DNA of 64,000 nt from assembly GCA_963841735.1 (NCBI GenBank), contig CAWJDT010000001.1, positions 1,152,001 to 1,216,000 of the forward strand, read 5' to 3'. The stretch is from an uncultured Actinomycetes bacterium. GTDB lineage: Bacteria; Actinomycetota; Thermoleophilia; RBG-16-64-13. This document shows positions 1 through 8,925 of this stretch, piece after piece; the first letter of the stretch is position 1, and each line of letters begins with the position of its first letter. A program made the position numbers and the translations under genes. The notes beneath the pieces are model-generated. The model saw nothing but the letters and a program-made list of their open reading frames with translations. It was not told the DNA's origin and ran no database searches.

Positions 1-141
1 CAGGATGTCGCCTTCCACTCTTATCCAGACCTTGAAGTAGTCGCCGCACTCGGGATCACCGACCACGCCCACGCCATCGGCGTTCTCGATCTCCCCCACA
101 TTGCGCGGGTTGAGGAAGTGTTCGACGACTAGTGATCGCAC
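1..141 (-). CDS. iscU: Fe-S cluster scaffold protein IscU/NifU N-terminal domain (partial, runs off window edge)
   Basis: Manual translation from GTG at 141: MRSLVVEHFLNPRNVGEIENADGVGVVGDPECGDYFKVWIRVEGDIL, with typical HFxNPRNxG and GxPxCGD motifs; not in the ORF track. Confidence 0.85.
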   Translation of the reverse strand, partial: MRSLVVEHFLNPRNVGEIENADGVGVVGDPECGDYFKVWIRVEGDIL

Positions 142-989
142 GCGCCCTCGGCCTCGTTTTCCAGAGCCAATATCGGCGCCAGAGCCTTCGCGAACTCCTG
201 GGCAGCTGGGCTCTTCGAATAATGGTAGACGTACGGTTTGCCCGCATCGCCCGCCTCGACGATGGTCGGATCGAGCGGGATACTGGCCAGCAGCGGGACA
301 CCTGCCTTGGTGGCCATGGCCGCGCCGCCACCCTTGCTGAACACGTTGGTTATCTGCCCGCAATGTGGACAGGCGAAGCCGGCCATGTTCTCTATCACGC
401 CGAGCACCTTGAGGTCGAGGAGATCACAGAACTTGAGAGAGCGGCGCACATTGGTGAGTGCGGTCTCCTGGGGAGTAGTCACGACGATGGCGCCGTCCAT
501 CTTGCCGATCGCCTGGCAGACCGCCAGCGGTTCGTCGCCTGTGCCGGGAGGGGAGTCGATGATCAGGTAGTCGAGTTCACCCCATTCGACATCGCCCAAG
601 AACTGCTCGATAGCCACGGCCTTCATGGGGCCCCGCCACACGACCGCTGCGTCGCGTTCGCCAATCAGGAAGGCAATCGACATAACTTTCAGGTTGTCGC
701 CGACGGTGAGGGGAACGAGCACCTCTCCCTCCATCACGGCCGGAGCACCCGACAGGCCCAGCAATTGCGGGACGGTCGGGCCGTGCAGGTCGACGTCCAG
801 CAGTCCTACCCGCTTACCCTCCAGCGCGAGAGACATGGCCAGATTCACCGCGACCGTGCTCTTGCCCACTCCGCCTTTGCCAGAGAGAACGATGATCTTG
901 TGCCCGATCTGCCCCATTCTCAGCTGAACCGCCGCACCGCGTTCTTGAACCGCTGCACCGTGGTCGTTATCCGACTGCGAACAACCCAT
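129..989 (-). CDS. Mrp/NBP35 (ApbC) Fe-S carrier ATPase
   Basis: SGKGGVGKST, WRGP, DSPPGTGD and ENMAGFACPHC motifs; ATG at 989 lies just after the upstream stop. Confidence 0.93.
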   Translation of the reverse strand: MGCSQSDNDHGAAVQERGAAVQLRMGQIGHKIIVLSGKGGVGKSTVAVNLAMSLALEGKRVGLLDVDLHGPTVPQLLGLSGAPAVMEGEVLVPLTVGDNLKVMSIAFLIGERDAAVVWRGPMKAVAIEQFLGDVEWGELDYLIIDSPPGTGDEPLAVCQAIGKMDGAIVVTTPQETALTNVRRSLKFCDLLDLKVLGVIENMAGFACPHCGQITNVFSKGGGAAMATKAGVPLLASIPLDPTIVEAGDAGKPYVYHYSKSPAAQEFAKALAPILALENEAEGACDH

Positions 990-991
990 CT

Positions 992-1909
992 TTATGCCTC
1001 CGTCCCTTTCAACATGCTGTCCAATGTTTTCCACATCTCTTGTATCTGCTCGACGACCACACTGCCGCCGCGTTCGATTATGCTCTTGCCCTCTACCTGT
1101 GCCTGCACCACCGCGATGTCGTAGCTGAGCTCCCCGACCACGGGGATGCCGCGGTCGGCGCAGACCTTACGGATACGCGTGGCCATGTCGGGGTTGAGGT
1201 CGCTCTTGTTGATACACACCACCAGGGGCAGACTAAAGCTCTTCACCAGATCGGCCGCGCGTTCTAGATCGTGCGCCCCCGAAACGGTCGGCTCTGTCAC
1301 CGCCAGCGCCAGATCGGCGCCGGTCACCGACGCGATCACGGGGCAACCGATGCCGGGAGGCCCATCCACGAGCACCAGACTGGCGTTCATCTCTTTGGCC
1401 AACTCAGAAGCCTGTGATCGCACCAGAGTCACGAGCTTGCCCGAGTTCTCGCCCCCAATATCCAGTCTCGCATGCACCAAGGGGCCATGTCGCGTATCCG
1501 AGACGAACCACTCCCCACGTTCGGCATCTACCATCTCCACGGCGCCGGAGGTGCAGACATGGGCGCAGAGACCGCAGCCCTCGCAGGCGATGGGGTCTAC
1601 GACGCAGGACGATCTTCCCTCCACGGGTTCGACCAGGTGGATGGCGTCGAAACGGCAGTGCTCCATGCAGAGGCCGCACGCGCTGCAACTCTGGGGGATG
1701 ATGCGGGCTTCTTTGCCCGCCATGAAGCGCTCTCGGTGCTTGAGTTGTGGATCGAGTACCAGATGCAGATCAGCTGCATCCACGTCACAATCGGCAAGCA
1801 CCTTGTCGTCGACGAACGTTGCCAAAGCGGCCACCAGACTGGTCTTGCCCGTGCCTCCCTTGCCACTCAAGACAACCAGTTGCTTGGGCGCCGGTGCCGA
1901 GGCGCTCAT
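992..1909 (-). CDS. MinD-superfamily P-loop ATPase with inserted 2x[4Fe-4S] ferredoxin domain
   Basis: SGKGGTGKT, DCDVDAADLHL, CSACGLCMEHC, CEGCGLCAHVC, DGPPGIGCPV; ATGA overlap with upstream gene. Confidence 0.9.
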   Translation of the reverse strand: MSASAPAPKQLVVLSGKGGTGKTSLVAALATFVDDKVLADCDVDAADLHLVLDPQLKHRERFMAGKEARIIPQSCSACGLCMEHCRFDAIHLVEPVEGRSSCVVDPIACEGCGLCAHVCTSGAVEMVDAERGEWFVSDTRHGPLVHARLDIGGENSGKLVTLVRSQASELAKEMNASLVLVDGPPGIGCPVIASVTGADLALAVTEPTVSGAHDLERAADLVKSFSLPLVVCINKSDLNPDMATRIRKVCADRGIPVVGELSYDIAVVQAQVEGKSIIERGGSVVVEQIQEMWKTLDSMLKGTEA

Positions 1910-2769
1910 ACGGTCACCAGCCCCTGCGCCCGCGACCGCAGGTCGCCGGCGAATACGCGGAGCATGGAGGCGAAAGTGCGGTCGCCGGTCGCAAAGATGT
2001 CGCCTCGCGAGCATGTCTCGGCAATGCGTCGGTTGTCTGGGATCTCCAAGAGGACGGGCACTCCCTCGGTTTCGCAGAAGTCGTTCACCCGAGAGTCGCC
2101 GATTCCGGCTCGATTGATCACCACTCCGCAGGGGATCGCCAGGCCCTGGGCTGTCCGTACGGCGAGTTTGAGGTCGTGGAGTCCAAAGGGGGTGGGCTCC
2201 GTAACGAGCACCGCGTAGTCGGCCCCTCGAAGGGTCTCGACCGCCGGGCAGGCGACGCCTGGGGGGGCATCAATGATCACGGTGTCGAGAGTGGGGGCTG
2301 TGCTGAGGTCCTTCACCGCCTTGATCACTGGGGTGGAGCGGGCTTCACCCACATTCAGACGCCCCCAGCGAAAGTAGAGGTCGCCGACCCCACCCGAGCC
2401 CACCAGTCCGATCTCCCTGCCGGTTTCAGAAATGGCCTCCTCGGGACAGACGTAGGCGCAGGTTCCACAGCTGTGGCAGAACTCCGGTAGCAACAACGGT
2501 CTGCCCGGCAAGGCCAAGAGAGCGTTGAACTCACACGCGCGGGCGCACAATCCGCATGCGGTGCAGGCCCTTTCATCTATCACGGGTATGGGAGCGCTCA
2601 CCGACTCGGTGGCGTCGAAGCGAGGCCTGAGATATAGGTGACAGTTGGGCTCCTCGACGTCACAGTCGAGGAGCCCAACTCGTTCGCTGTGGGCCAAGGC
2701 TATCGCCAAGTTGACCGCGAGTGTGGTCTTGCCGGTGCCGCCCTTGCCGCTGGCTATTACGATCCTCAC
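1906..2769 (-). CDS. MinD-superfamily P-loop ATPase with inserted ferredoxin domain (partner paralog)
   Basis: ASGKGGTGKTT, DCDVEEPNCHL, CTACGLCARAC, CHSCGTCAYVCP, TEPTPFGLHDL. Confidence 0.9.
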   Translation of the reverse strand: MRIVIASGKGGTGKTTLAVNLAIALAHSERVGLLDCDVEEPNCHLYLRPRFDATESVSAPIPVIDERACTACGLCARACEFNALLALPGRPLLLPEFCHSCGTCAYVCPEEAISETGREIGLVGSGGVGDLYFRWGRLNVGEARSTPVIKAVKDLSTAPTLDTVIIDAPPGVACPAVETLRGADYAVLVTEPTPFGLHDLKLAVRTAQGLAIPCGVVINRAGIGDSRVNDFCETEGVPVLLEIPDNRRIAETCSRGDIFATGDRTFASMLRVFAGDLRSRAQGLVTV

Positions 2770-3122
2770 TTGTTGTCTAGCTGCCGAAGCCGCTTCTCCA
2801 CGGTCTCCAGCATCGACTTCAACCGCAGCGATTCCTTCTTGAGAAGCGGGATCTCGTCGTCCGGTTGCAGAAAGGGTCCCGGCTCTTGGTCGGCGTACGT
2901 GCTGAAGGGGACACCGGTTGTGAAGAAGCGATTCCGATGACCCCGGCCGCCACCTGGACCCAGGCCACCACCACGCCTGTAGCCCGCTAGCCGAGCGAAG
3001 GCGCCGCGGCCGCGCGCTGGGCGATCTGCGAGGTCAGGGGCGGCGTTTCCGGCGCAACGGCCGGCCGCTCTCCCTGTCATGGGGCCTTCGCCCAGTGGTC
3101 CGGTCTTGTCTCCTCTAGGCAT
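2766..3122 (-). CDS. DUF5320-family protein
   Basis: N-terminal MPRGDKTGPLGEGPMTGR motif, Gly/Arg-rich middle, C-terminal coiled coil. Confidence 0.8.
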   Translation of the reverse strand: MPRGDKTGPLGEGPMTGRAAGRCAGNAAPDLADRPARGRGAFARLAGYRRGGGLGPGGGRGHRNRFFTTGVPFSTYADQEPGPFLQPDDEIPLLKKESLRLKSMLETVEKRLRQLDNK

Positions 3123-3185
3123 CTCCGTCTCCTTGTCTTGAGTGTCTCGCCGACAAAAGTACGGCGCGGAGCGTCTTCGGTTGGT

Positions 3186-3545
3186 CTACCAGTGCCCGTC
3201 CACATCTGCCGCCGACGTGTGCTTCAAATCTCCCGACTGGAAGGCGCCGATCGCCTGGGCGACCGTTCCCTCGGTCGCGAGATACACATGGACGCCGCCG
3301 GCTTTCAGCGCGCGGAAGGCCTTGGGTCCGCAGTGGCCGGTGATGAGGATGCTCGCGTGGTTGTCTATGACTGACTGTGCAGCCTGGATCCCTGCCCCCT
3401 GGGCTGCGTCTATGCCGGTCTGGTTGTCTACCGTTGTTACAAGGTCTTCGGGTGTGTCCACGATCAGGAGGTACCGGGCCCTCCCAAAACGATGGTCAAT
3501 CGAACTCGATAGATCAGGACCGGTTGCGGTGACGGCAACTCTCAT
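3186..3545 (-). CDS. NifB/NifX family metal-cluster-binding protein
   Basis: RFGRARYLLIVD, GAGIQAAQ and ITGHCGPKAF motifs; GGAGG RBS. Confidence 0.88.
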   Translation of the reverse strand: MRVAVTATGPDLSSSIDHRFGRARYLLIVDTPEDLVTTVDNQTGIDAAQGAGIQAAQSVIDNHASILITGHCGPKAFRALKAGGVHVYLATEGTVAQAIGAFQSGDLKHTSAADVDGHW

Positions 3546-3624
3546 TTCGTACCCCTCCGTTCGTTCTGGCTGGTGATGCCATCAGCTCTTCATTTGGCGG
3601 CTATGCCCCGACTGTTTCCTGGGC

Positions 3625-3781
3625 CTACCACCCCTGTCCAGTTCTCTCGCATCGGCTGTGCGAATTCCGGCGGCTCCCGTCGAGTGATGCTGCGAACCCG
3701 TTGATCGAGATGTCTCCTCGGGTGCAGGCGTCCAGGCAAAGGCCACAGCCGATGCGGAGTCTTCTATCGACGTTAAGCACG
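3625..3781 (-). pseudogene. degenerate 4Fe-4S dicluster (ferredoxin) remnant
   Basis: RIGCGLCLDAC retains 3 of 4 Cys of the first cluster; second cluster Cys mostly lost. Confidence 0.45.
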
Positions 3782-3852
3782 TGCGTGCCGTTAGCTAGAT
3801 GGCAACTGCATCTATATACAAGCACCATTTGCTGGTGAGGTCAAGTGGGCTC

Positions 3853-3879
3853 GGCGGCGATGGCGGCGATGGCGGCGAT
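3853..3879 (+). repeat. 9-bp tandem repeat (GGCGGCGAT)x3
   Basis: Read directly; lies at the 5' junction of the MBL fragment. Confidence 0.85.
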
Positions 3880-4158
3880 GGGAAGGTCCTTGTCGCGTGG
3901 TGTGCTCATCCGGGCATAGTGGAGGTTGCGGCTGCCTGGGGCCTTCTGGGTGAGCCGGTCTCCGCGGTGCTGGGGGGTTTCCACCTCAGGTCTTGCTCTG
4001 TCGGCCAGGTGGATCGCATCATCCGGGGGCTTTGGGATCTCAGCGTCGAACGGTGCGCGTCGGCTCACTGTACGGGGGAGGCCGCCATAGCTCAGACCAA
4101 AGCGGGGTTCGCCGGCGGAGCCATCGAGATGGTTGTGGGCGCGACCATCACCTTCTGG
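3880..4158 (+). pseudogene. C-terminal fragment of an MBL-fold metallo-hydrolase
   Basis: CAHPGI, VLGGFHL, AHCTGE and GATITF motifs present; N-terminal HxHxDH half absent. Confidence 0.7.
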
Positions 4159-4198
4159 CCCAAGGGCGTGGCACCAGAAGGAGCCACACCACGGCGAC

Positions 4199-4951
4199 TC
4201 AGAACTGGTAGGTCATGCCCGACGCGCCGACCGACACTCGCTCTCCCAGCGCTTGACAGAGCGAGGCGACGGCGGACTCACCCGTGCAGTGACACGGAAC
4301 CACCATATCCGGCGCGAGTGCCCGCAACGCCATGATGCTTTGGGTCAGGCGCTCGTGGCCGGCGCTCAGCAGATGGAATCCCCCGATCACGGCACGGATC
4401 TTAGCGCCGTCGGTTAACTCGCGGATGTGGTTGAGGGTGTTCACCAGGCCCGCATGGGCGCACCCCATACATACCACCAGCCCTTGGTCCGTCTGGACCC
4501 AGAGCGCCAAGTGGTCCTCGATTAGATCGGGATGCGTCGGTTCCGGACCGAGAAAGAACGGCCCACCCGTGTCGTCATAGCCGGTCAGACGGGGGATGGG
4601 ACCGGTCACGCCAATCGCCTCGGTCAGCATAAGAGGCTCTTGGAGCAGGTGAAGACGGTCCGAAGGCAACTGCGCCAGCGCCTCTGAAGCCTTTCGCGGC
4701 ATCCCGATGGATCTCGCCTTGCCGTCACGCACCGCGTAGCGAGGCCGAACGACTCCGGGATGGCAGTAGACATCGATGTGCGTGGGCCGCCCAAGAACGT
4801 GTGCGATCCCGCCGGTGTGGTCGTAGTGACCATGGCTAAGGACGAGGATATCGGTTGTGGCCACATCGACGCCGAGCGCCTGGGCATTGTTCTCAAGCGC
4901 AGGCCCTTGGCTTGTGTTGTTGTCGACCACGATAGTGATTTTTGCATCCAT
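4199..4951 (-). CDS. MBL-fold metallo-hydrolase (appears to have an N-terminal internal deletion)
   Basis: SHGHYDHTGG, GCAHAG, IGGFHL, PCHCTG motifs. Confidence 0.85.
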   Translation of the reverse strand: MDAKITIVVDNNTSQGPALENNAQALGVDVATTDILVLSHGHYDHTGGIAHVLGRPTHIDVYCHPGVVRPRYAVRDGKARSIGMPRKASEALAQLPSDRLHLLQEPLMLTEAIGVTGPIPRLTGYDDTGGPFFLGPEPTHPDLIEDHLALWVQTDQGLVVCMGCAHAGLVNTLNHIRELTDGAKIRAVIGGFHLLSAGHERLTQSIMALRALAPDMVVPCHCTGESAVASLCQALGERVSVGASGMTYQF

Positions 4952-5083
4952 GGATTTTGCCGGTTCGCCGCCAGTCTACCGCTCCATAGCATCGACAAAG
5001 ACCTGAGGAGGGAGCGAGGGCTTCGGAAGGTGCTAGACTAGATGCAGAATACACTTAAGTGCCGGGCGCAGGAGGGAACTAAC

Positions 5084-5485
5084 ATGTCGGAGTCGGTTGC
5101 TACCTCGAAAAGGATAATCGCGGTGCCTTCGCAGACGCCGGGGGGTCCAGATGCGCAGCGCTCGGGGCACTTTGGCCATTGCGACTGCTTCACGCTACTC
5201 GAAGTGAACGTTGACGGTGTGACCGAAGTCAGCGTGGTTGCCAACGCCCCCCACCAAGAGGGCGGATGTCTTGATCCAGTGAACATGCTTGCCTCTCTGG
5301 GCGTCACCGAGATCGTGGTGGGAGGCATGGGAGCCCGTCCCAGGGCGTTCTTTGGCGAGATGGGCATTACCGTATACGCCGACCAGGAACTGTCCACGGT
5401 GGGAGAAGTGGTGAATGCCCTCCTCCAAGGGAGCGTACCGGTCATGTCGGATCTGCAGACATGTGGTGGGGGCGATTGTCACTAA
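5084..5485 (+). CDS. NifB/NifX family metal-cluster-binding protein
   Basis: HFGHCDCF, HQEGGC, VGGMG motifs; GGAGG RBS before ATG 5084. Confidence 0.88.
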   Translation: MSESVATSKRIIAVPSQTPGGPDAQRSGHFGHCDCFTLLEVNVDGVTEVSVVANAPHQEGGCLDPVNMLASLGVTEIVVGGMGARPRAFFGEMGITVYADQELSTVGEVVNALLQGSVPVMSDLQTCGGGDCH

Positions 5486-5582
5486 GCCAGGCGTGGCCGC
5501 GCCGAGCGCGAGATGCTCCAGATCCCAGGATCTGCAACACTGCGTTTCTTCGCCCTCATGTTTGGATAGGTGAACAGTCGGT

Positions 5583-5604
5583 ATATCTCCTAAGTAAGAG
5601 AAAT
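5583..5604. promoter_or_regulatory. candidate Fur/PerR-type operator
   Basis: AT-rich imperfect inverted repeat ATATCTCCTA-AG-TAAGAGAAAT just upstream of the Fur-family gene. Confidence 0.35.
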
Positions 5605-5621
5605 TCCGGCTGGGAGACAAG

Positions 5622-6062
5622 GTGGGACTCAATCCAGATGTCATAGACGAACGGGAGAAGTCGTTTGTCAAGGCTCTCATGGCAGAGGGAGTGAGGATGA
5701 CGCCTCAGCGTTTGGAGATAATTCGGCAACTGGCGGGATCTGACGGCCACCCGGACGCAGATGCTGTGTTTCGCGCGGTACGTGACCGTATGCCGACTCT
5801 TTCGCACGACACGGTCTATAGGACGCTGGCCGTGCTGGTGAAGTGTGGACTGGCGGAGCGTATCGAGATGCCTCGGGCCAGTAGGTACGACCCGGACGGC
5901 ACACCGCATCACCACTTTATCTGTGAGCGCTGCGCTAGGGTGGTGGATATCAGAGGTGAGTCGGCGCAGGCCTATCTGGCGCCAAATAACCTTCTTGGAA
6001 TAGGTGATGTGCGCTCTGTACGCGTAGAGTTTCGGGGTGTCTGCAGTACGTGCCAGGACTGA
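5622..6062 (+). CDS. Fur-family transcriptional repressor (PerR-like)
   Basis: RMTPQRLEI, HPDAD, TVYRTL, HHHFICERC, GVCSTC; directly upstream of a peroxiredoxin. Confidence 0.9.
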   Translation: MGLNPDVIDEREKSFVKALMAEGVRMTPQRLEIIRQLAGSDGHPDADAVFRAVRDRMPTLSHDTVYRTLAVLVKCGLAERIEMPRASRYDPDGTPHHHFICERCARVVDIRGESAQAYLAPNNLLGIGDVRSVRVEFRGVCSTCQD

Positions 6063-6121
6063 GGCGACTTCCGTCTCAATCTCGATAGCGAGAAGAAGAG
6101 TCACAACAAGGGAGGCAGAGT

Positions 6122-6841
6122 ATGGAAACCACGGGCAATGAGCAGTACAAACCCATGCCGCGGATCGGTGATAAGGCTCCGGCCTTCAAGGCGGTCACCA
6201 CGCAGGGGGAGATCGATTTCCCCAAGGATTACGAAGGTAGCTGGGTCATCCTTTTCAGCCATCCGGCCGACTTCACCCCCGTGTGCACCTCGGAGTTCAT
6301 GACCTTCGCCTCCATGCAGGACAGATTCGCCCAGGCCGGTTGTAAGTTGGTGGGGCTGTCGGTCGACGGTCTCTATAGCCATATCGCTTGGCTGCGGACC
6401 ATCAAGGACAAGATCGAGTATAAGGGCATGAAGAACGTCGAGGTGACATTCCCCCTAATCGAGGACATCACCATGGATGTGGCTCACGCGTACGGCATGA
6501 TCCAGCCGGGCGAGGCCACCACCAAAGCGGTGCGGGCGGTCTTCTTCATCGACCCCAAGGGCGTCATTCGCACCATCCTCTACTACCCGCTCAGCTTGGG
6601 CCGCAATTTCGAAGAGATCTACCGTGTCCTCATCGGGCTCAAGACGGCAGACGAGTTCGGTGTGGCTACGCCCGCCGACTGGCAGCCGGGCGACGATGTG
6701 ATAGTCCCCACCGCCGGCTCGTGCGGCGTGGCCAAAGAGCGCATGGAAGGCACGGCGGGAGAGATGACCTGCTACGACTGGTTCTTCTGTACCAAGAAGC
6801 TGGCGAAAGAAGAAGTGCTCTCCAAGGTCGTCAAGAAGTAG
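6122..6841 (+). CDS. peroxiredoxin (Prx6/AhpC-TSA family)
   Basis: FSHPADFTPVCTSE motif; C-terminal CYDWFFC. Confidence 0.95.
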   Translation: METTGNEQYKPMPRIGDKAPAFKAVTTQGEIDFPKDYEGSWVILFSHPADFTPVCTSEFMTFASMQDRFAQAGCKLVGLSVDGLYSHIAWLRTIKDKIEYKGMKNVEVTFPLIEDITMDVAHAYGMIQPGEATTKAVRAVFFIDPKGVIRTILYYPLSLGRNFEEIYRVLIGLKTADEFGVATPADWQPGDDVIVPTAGSCGVAKERMEGTAGEMTCYDWFFCTKKLAKEEVLSKVVKK

Positions 6842-6931
6842 TACTGGGTTTCCGGGCTGTCTTGCGCGCGTGCGGCGATCCGCAATTCAGGTGGGCCGAA
6901 GGAGGAGGAGCGGTGGATCGCGCCGTGGGCC

Positions 6932-8194
6932 TCAGAGGAGTCCGACCAGCACTGAGATCGCGCCGCCGGCCAGGACCACCCACAGCACGTCTATCTTGAA
7001 GCGCAGCGCTGTGAAGGTGGCCGCGGCAAGGGCGATGGTCCAGGGCTGCCAGGAAACGCTCAGGCCCAGGCGGATGCTCACGGCGACAAGCAGGCCCACG
7101 AACGACAGCAAGATGCCGGTGATGGCTTTCCGAAACCAGCGGTTGCTTTTGAGACGGTCGAAGTAGGGCTCCACCAGGACCAGGATCGTGAGCGAGGGCA
7201 AGAAGATGGCCGCTGTGGCTACCAGTGCTCCGGCGAATCCGGCAAACATATACCCGACAAATGTTGCGGTGATGACTACAGGGCCTGGGGTCACCTGACC
7301 CAAGGCGATGCCGTCTATGAACGTCTGGGTGTCTATCCAATGGTGGACGCTCACCACTTCGTTTTGCATAAGAGGGACGGAGGCGAAGCCGCCACCGAAG
7401 GCAAACAGGTCCACCCGGATCATGGTCAGGGCCAGGTAGAACAGAGGACGGTCGAAAGCGAAAAGCACACCCATCACGACGACCGCACCGGCAAGCATGA
7501 TGGCCACCGGCTTCAGACAAGACCTCTTGGGACCCGCCGGGCAGTGTGCCGCGGGGGACTGCGGCTGCGGCTCGGTATTGGCGGGCAGGGCAAGGCCCAG
7601 AGCCGCCGCGCCCAATATCATGTAGATGGGGTGCACCCCGAAGTAGAGGGCCACTGCTGCCCCGGCGACCACCGGAAGTCCCCACCACTTCTTCACGGTC
7701 GTAAGCCCGAAGTTCAGGGCCGCGTTGGCTATCAGAGCTACGACCATGGCCCGCAGCCCGCTGAACAGCGACAGGATCAGGGTCGCGTGTTGCCCGTACT
7801 TGTACAACACCGAAAGCACCAGCATGAGCACAAACGCCGGCGCGACGAAGGCAAGGTAGGCGACCACCGCCCCCGAGAATCCTCGTGCCCTCAGACCGAC
7901 ATAGGCCGCGGTCTGCATACTCGTCGCGCCGGGCAAGGACTGGCAGAGCGCCACTCCGTCGCCGAACGATTCCTCGCTCAGCCAGCGCTTCTTCTTGACG
8001 GCCAGTTCCCTGATATAGGTGATGATGGCCGGCCCGCCGAAACCAGTCAGCCCCAGGCGCAAGAACGGCAGGAAGAGCGCCCGGAGGCGCGGTACGGACC
8101 GGCTCAGGTCCGGCTCGCCCGGGGTCCGCTCGTCCGGGGTCCGCTCGCCCGGGGTCCGCTCGCCCGAGATGCTATTCCCCCTGGTGATGCTCAC
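6932..8194 (-). CDS. chrA: chromate efflux transporter, long-chain CHR family
   Basis: GLTGFGGP...CQSLPG and AFGGG...GQVTPGP duplicated halves, multiple TM segments. Confidence 0.92.
   Translation of the reverse strand: MSITRGNSISGERTPGERTPDERTPGEPDLSRSVPRLRALFLPFLRLGLTGFGGPAIITYIRELAVKKKRWLSEESFGDGVALCQSLPGATSMQTAAYVGLRARGFSGAVVAYLAFVAPAFVLMLVLSVLYKYGQHATLILSLFSGLRAMVVALIANAALNFGLTTVKKWWGLPVVAGAAVALYFGVHPIYMILGAAALGLALPANTEPQPQSPAAHCPAGPKRSCLKPVAIMLAGAVVVMGVLFAFDRPLFYLALTMIRVDLFAFGGGFASVPLMQNEVVSVHHWIDTQTFIDGIALGQVTPGPVVITATFVGYMFAGFAGALVATAAIFLPSLTILVLVEPYFDRLKSNRWFRKAITGILLSFVGLLVAVSIRLGLSVSWQPWTIALAAATFTALRFKIDVLWVVLAGGAISVLVGLL
8113..8166. repeat. 15-bp tandem repeat, ~3.6 copies (GCTCGCCCGGGGTCC), encoding GERTP units at the ChrA N-terminus
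   Basis: Read directly. Confidence 0.85.
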
Positions 8195-8903
8195 CGTGAT
8201 GATGCCCGCAAGTGCTCTCGGATTGCACTATCTCGCCGCGCAAGAAGGCCTCTATCGCCTCCAGCGCCGCACCGCTCACTCCGCAGTAGAGCTCAAACCC
8301 GACCTGCTTGAGGGCCTGCTGCATGGGGCCGCCCATGCCGCCGGCAAGGATGATCGTCACTCCCTGCTCTTTCAGGAAACCGGCGATACCGGAGTGGTTG
8401 TGCTGCATGCCCTGGACTTCGAAAAGGGAGGTCTGCTCCACCTTGCCGTCGGCCGTGTGGGCCACCAGGAACGCCTGAGTGCTGCCGAAATGGGCATTGA
8501 CATTGCCATCTAAATACGGAACCGCGACGATCATGGTCTCTCCTCGTTCAGTGTTTGCCTTTGTCCCGACGCGGGGGTTCTCTCCCAGCGTGTGTAGACT
8601 CGAATCGACTCGGACCACCGTCACAGGTCCACCTTCGATACATAGTGCCTTTCCGTGCACCAGGGCCTCGGTGATGGTGCGGCGCGCCTGCTGCGCCATC
8701 CGACTTACGGTGGAACCCGACACTCCCAGCTTTGATCCAGCTTCCGCCTGAGTCGCCCCTTCGAGATGCAAGAGGCGGAGCGCTTCCAGCCCGTCGAAGG
8801 GGAGTGAAAGCTTCTCCAACTCGCGCGCCGGTACGCCTGCCGGTCCGAAGACCCGGGTCCCCGGACGACATTCAAGGCAGCGCCACTTTGCTGGTCTCGC
8901 CAC
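8172..8903 (-). CDS. DUF134 HTH regulator fused to NifB/NifX domain
   Basis: ARPAKWR...FGPAG...EALRLLHLEG.TQ.EA...LGVS...A L.IEGG (DUF134) followed by NAHFGST...AGGMG...CGHHH (NifX). Confidence 0.85.
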   Translation of the reverse strand: MARPAKWRCLECRPGTRVFGPAGVPARELEKLSLPFDGLEALRLLHLEGATQAEAGSKLGVSGSTVSRMAQQARRTITEALVHGKALCIEGGPVTVVRVDSSLHTLGENPRVGTKANTERGETMIVAVPYLDGNVNAHFGSTQAFLVAHTADGKVEQTSLFEVQGMQHNHSGIAGFLKEQGVTIILAGGMGGPMQQALKQVGFELYCGVSGAALEAIEAFLRGEIVQSESTCGHHHGEHHQGE

Positions 8904-8925
8904 AGCTTCAGCCAATCACGGGTTT

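Noticed and set aside
3186-8534. NifB/NifX and NifU-like genes as evidence of nitrogen fixation
   Set aside because: No nifHDK or nifEN in the window; these domains are common in non-diazotrophs
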